NCBI GenBank assembly: GCA_951406725.2
Contig: OX597841.1
Location: forward strand, 18,848,001-18,912,000
Direction of reading: 5' to 3'
Length of the DNA: 64,000 nucleotides
DNA from: Octopus vulgaris
Taxonomy: Eukaryota
Shown here: one piece after another, positions 62,994-64,000 of the stretch
Position numbering within the stretch: the stretch's first letter is position 1
Layout: every line of letters starts with the position of its first letter
The notes under the pieces: model-generated
The model's input: the letters and a program-made list of their open reading frames with translations, nothing else
Database searches by the model: none
Told to the model about the DNA's origin: nothing
Program-made: the position numbers and the translations under genes

Positions 62994-63366
62994 CAGCAGT
63001 GTAGTAGTAGTAGTAGTAGCCTTAGTAGCAGCAGCCGCAGTAGTGGTAGTAGCAGTGATAGTAGTAGTAGTAGTAGTAGTAATAGTTGAAGTTTTTACTA
63101 CTGTTGTTGTTGTTTGTGTTAATGATGCATTTACTTGCCATTGTTGTTTTAAACCTTTGACTACTCCTCCAGAGCACCCCTCCTCTTCCCACCCCTCACC
63201 ACCACTGATAAAGGCTCTCTCTTTCCCCCACCCTCCATTTCTCACTCACTCATTCTCTCTCTCTCTCTTTCTTTCTTTTCACAGGATGGACATCAATGAT
63301 GTCGTGAAGCACTTCAGCTTCGTCGACATGTGCCACATGGATCCGTTTGCAATAACAAGCTTTGAG
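35521..63366 (+). CDS. Calpain-family cysteine protease, multi-exon, 3'-incomplete: join(35521..35682,43104..43170,46342..46446,47853..48012,49341..49509,53793..53876,54582..54667,62748..62825,63285..63366)
   Basis: Manual splicing at GT-AG sites gives 993 nt with consistent phases (0,1,1,2,0,0,2,2,0) and calpain motifs [62 protein letters not shown]. Orthology cannot be determined by eye. Confidence 0.95.
37985..38204. mobile_element. Mariner-derived MITE (~200 bp); related copies 9908-10105 and 37785-37955
   Basis: Inverted ends GTGCTGAAAATTCCT / AGGAATTTTTCAGCAC in TA context; shared internal sequence. Confidence 0.65.
38369..38413 (+). ncRNA. Hammerhead motif, same family as 45670-45714 (core mutated to CTGATGC)
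   Basis: GGACCA-CTGATGC-G-GTCAC AGGAGT GTGAC-GAAA-GAAC-TC-TGGCC. Confidence 0.62.
39824..39903 (+). ncRNA. Partial hammerhead motif (intact core and stem II, degenerate stems III/I)
   Basis: CTGATGA-GATTCAT..ATGAATC-GAAA-CG. Confidence 0.5.
42148..42182 (+). ncRNA. Minimal hammerhead motif (CCGACGA core)
   Basis: GTTT-CCGACGA-A-GAGC TCC GCTC-GAAA-CG-TT-AAAC. Confidence 0.62.
42300..42757. repeat. Inverted repeat with ~195-bp arms, hammerhead-bearing (Penelope pLTR-like)
   Basis: Arms ~42300-42498 and ~42556-42757, flanked by (TA)n. Confidence 0.88.
42659..42696 (+). ncRNA. Degenerate hammerhead motif in right arm of inverted repeat (mirror at 42359-42396, - strand)
   Basis: CAG-TTGAAAA-GGTC..GACC-GAAA-CCGG-TA-CTG. 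Confidence 0.55.
43104..43170 (+). CDS. Calpain exon 2 ([23 protein letters not shown])
   Basis: Acceptor ttttttttacag, donor gtaagt; 67 nt; QG.LG motif; missed by the ORF track. Confidence 0.92.
43545..44215. repeat. CT/CA compound minisatellite (similar CT-rich tract at 300-790)
   Basis: Recurring ACTCTCCGTCTTTCTCT and ACTCTCCCTCTTTCTCT units. Confidence 0.9.
45367..45453 (+). ncRNA. Degenerate hammerhead motif
   Basis: CT-CGGATGA-AGCT..AGCA-GAAA-CAGCTG-TC-AG. Confidence 0.45.
45670..45714 (-). ncRNA. Minimal hammerhead motif, canonical core
   Basis: Reverse complement reads GGACCA-CTGATGA-A-GTCAC AGGAGT GTGAC-GAAA-GAAC-TC-TGGCC. Confidence 0.72.
46342..46446 (+). CDS. Calpain exon 3, catalytic Cys (GDCWLISA...QSFTEDYAG)
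   Basis: cacag acceptor, gtgagt donor, GDCW motif. Confidence 0.95.
47853..48012 (+). CDS. Calpain exon 4 ([22 protein letters not shown]...[13 protein letters not shown])
   Basis: ttgcag acceptor, gtaaga donor, hallmark calpain motifs. Confidence 0.96.
48383..48671. repeat. Near-perfect spacer-less palindrome, ~290 bp
   Basis: Centre TTTTCAATTGAAAA (axis 48532/48533). Confidence 0.92.
48818..48907 (-). ncRNA. Type I hammerhead motif (mirror copy of 49029-49117)
   Basis: Reverse complement reads ATGCAG-CTGAGGA-TTGC..GCAT-GAAA-CGATCG-TA-CTGCAT. Confidence 0.78.
49029..49117 (+). ncRNA. Type I hammerhead ribozyme motif, canonical core
   Basis: ATGCAG-CTGAAGA-TTGC..GCAT-GAAA-CGATCG-TA-CTGCAT: 6-bp stem I, palindromic stem III, GUA site. 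Confidence 0.8.
49341..49509 (+). CDS. Calpain exon 5 ([10 protein letters not shown]...MTGGVSE...MFSCAI)
   Basis: AAG acceptor, gtaagt donor; phase 2 to 0 fits both neighbours. Confidence 0.9.
49909..50100. repeat. Inverted repeat with ~87-bp arms
   Basis: Arms 49909-49995 and 50014-50100. Confidence 0.88.
50620..52670. mobile_element. Degenerate L1/Tx1-like LINE with an inverted 5' part (ORF1 zinc knuckle on -, ORF2 C-terminus and tail on +)
   Basis: Minus-strand CFVCG..HLRAFC knuckle at ~50820-50865; plus-strand RGMGMP and [13 protein letters not shown]; 3' end AATAAATGAAATAATAAT at ~52651-52670. Confidence 0.6.
53399..53722 (-). mobile_element. R4/Dong-like 3' end with 3'UTR
   Basis: [28 protein letters not shown]; 3'UTR ends ACTACTG(AAT)n. 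Confidence 0.85.
53793..53876 (+). CDS. Calpain exon 6, catalytic His ([28 protein letters not shown])
   Basis: ctcattcag acceptor, gtaagt donor; 84 nt; GL...HAY motif. Confidence 0.9.
54582..54667 (+). CDS. Calpain exon 7, catalytic Asn ([28 protein letters not shown])
   Basis: tttgcag acceptor, gtaagt donor, LRNPWG motif. Confidence 0.95.
55054..55380. repeat. Inverted repeat with ~155-bp arms and a 17-bp spacer
   Basis: Arms 55054-55208 and 55226-55380. Confidence 0.9.
56030..56410 (-). mobile_element. CR1/L2-group LINE 3' fragment (same family as 25.4-26.1 kb)
   Basis: [29 protein letters not shown]; (ATGAA)n tail. Confidence 0.85.
56410..58303 (-). mobile_element. Highly degenerate second mariner (Hsmar1/cecropia-like), interrupted by an RTE insertion
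   Basis: TIR-like TATCAGGTTGAGTAAAAAGTAA at 58303; [14 protein letters not shown] start near 58124; [20 protein letters not shown] near 56600. Confidence 0.75.
56803..57503 (-). mobile_element. RTE-clade LINE 3' fragment with a ~150-bp internal duplication
   Basis: [23 protein letters not shown] occurs twice; (TGA)n tail. Confidence 0.88.
58304..59445. repeat. (TACA)n microsatellite (similar tracts at 40790-41360 and 44500-45110)
   Basis: Direct inspection. Confidence 0.95.
60164..61444 (+). mobile_element. Full-length mariner (DD34D) transposon relic with frameshifted transposase from 60321
   Basis: TA target duplications at 60162-63 and 61445-46; 37-bp TIR CGAGGGACGTTCAATAAGTAATGCCTCTGACCCACTT (2 mismatches); motifs RSGRP, ARWIP, TQDETW, QDNAPVH, frameshifted [12 protein letters not shown]. 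Confidence 0.95.
62748..62825 (+). CDS. Calpain exon 8 ([26 protein letters not shown])
   Basis: Long pyrimidine tract plus gaag acceptor, gtaagg donor, DDGEFW motif. Confidence 0.93.
63285..63366 (+). CDS. Calpain exon 9 ([27 protein letters not shown]), end of CysPc domain
   Basis: ttttcacag acceptor, gtcagt donor; corresponds to the M...DF...F..L.IC end of CysPc. Confidence 0.88.
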
Positions 63367-63499
63367 GTCAGTCACATATAACTAACAACACACACATACA
63401 TACATACCTCCTGCGTGACCCCTCTGCCCGACATTCGCCACGATTGATCGCAGCCACTAAACCTTATTCTATTTTCTCTTCCTGTTTATTTCTGTGTTC

Positions 63500-63535
63500 C
63501 TTTCTGTCGAAGAGCGTAGGCTCGAAATGTAAAAG
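63500..63535 (+). ncRNA. Degenerate minimal hammerhead motif (related copy 36534-36570)
   Basis: CTTT-CTGTCGA-A-GAGC GTAG GCTC-GAAA-TG-TA-AAAG. Confidence 0.55.
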
Positions 63536-64000
63536 ACTTTTACACTTCCCGAGCGTTAAACTAATACACCTGTTTGTTGTCTACACCACCTGTCTTCGTC
63601 TACAATGGAAATTGTAGTTGTGATACCTGTGCCGGGTGCACGTAAAAAGTACCACCCGAATGTAGCTGATGCCAGCGCCGCCTTGACTGGCTTCTGTGCC
63701 GGTGGCACATAAAAAGCACCAACCGATTGTGGATGCTGCCAGCCTCCCCTCGCACCTGTGCCGGTGGCATGTAAAAAGCACCCACTACATTCTCGGAGTG
63801 GTTGGCGTTAGGAAGGGCATCCAGCTGTAGAAACACTGCCAGATCAGACTGAAGCCTGTTGCTGCTTCCTGGCTTCCCAGACCCCGGTCGAACCGTCCAA
63901 CCCATGCTAGCATGGAAAACGGACGTTAGACGATGATGATGAGGATGATGATGATGTGTGCTCGTTCGGCAAGATCTTTAGAGATACCTCCCAATGCACC

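Overview
This is animal nuclear DNA, extremely rich in microsatellites and transposon remnants. The tRNA-SINE and LINE repertoire suggests a cephalopod (Octopus-like), which is an inference. One host gene is visible: nine + strand exons (35521-63366; 993 nt, 331 aa) splice in frame via GT-AG introns into a complete calpain catalytic (CysPc) core with an intact Cys/His/Asn triad, and the gene continues past the window end. The rest is repeats: several tRNA-derived SINE families, 3' fragments of RTE, CR1-like, L1/Tx1-like and R4/Dong-like (TAA-associated) non-LTR elements, two mariner relics, Helitron-like elements, MITEs and a 2.6-kb (AAT)n array. The main unannotated signal is about 20 minimal type I hammerhead-ribozyme-like motifs of differing sequence, many within (TA)n-flanked inverted repeats typical of Penelope-like pLTR remnants. 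These include an apparently intact mirror pair in calpain intron 4. Almost all ORF-track entries are microsatellite artefacts.
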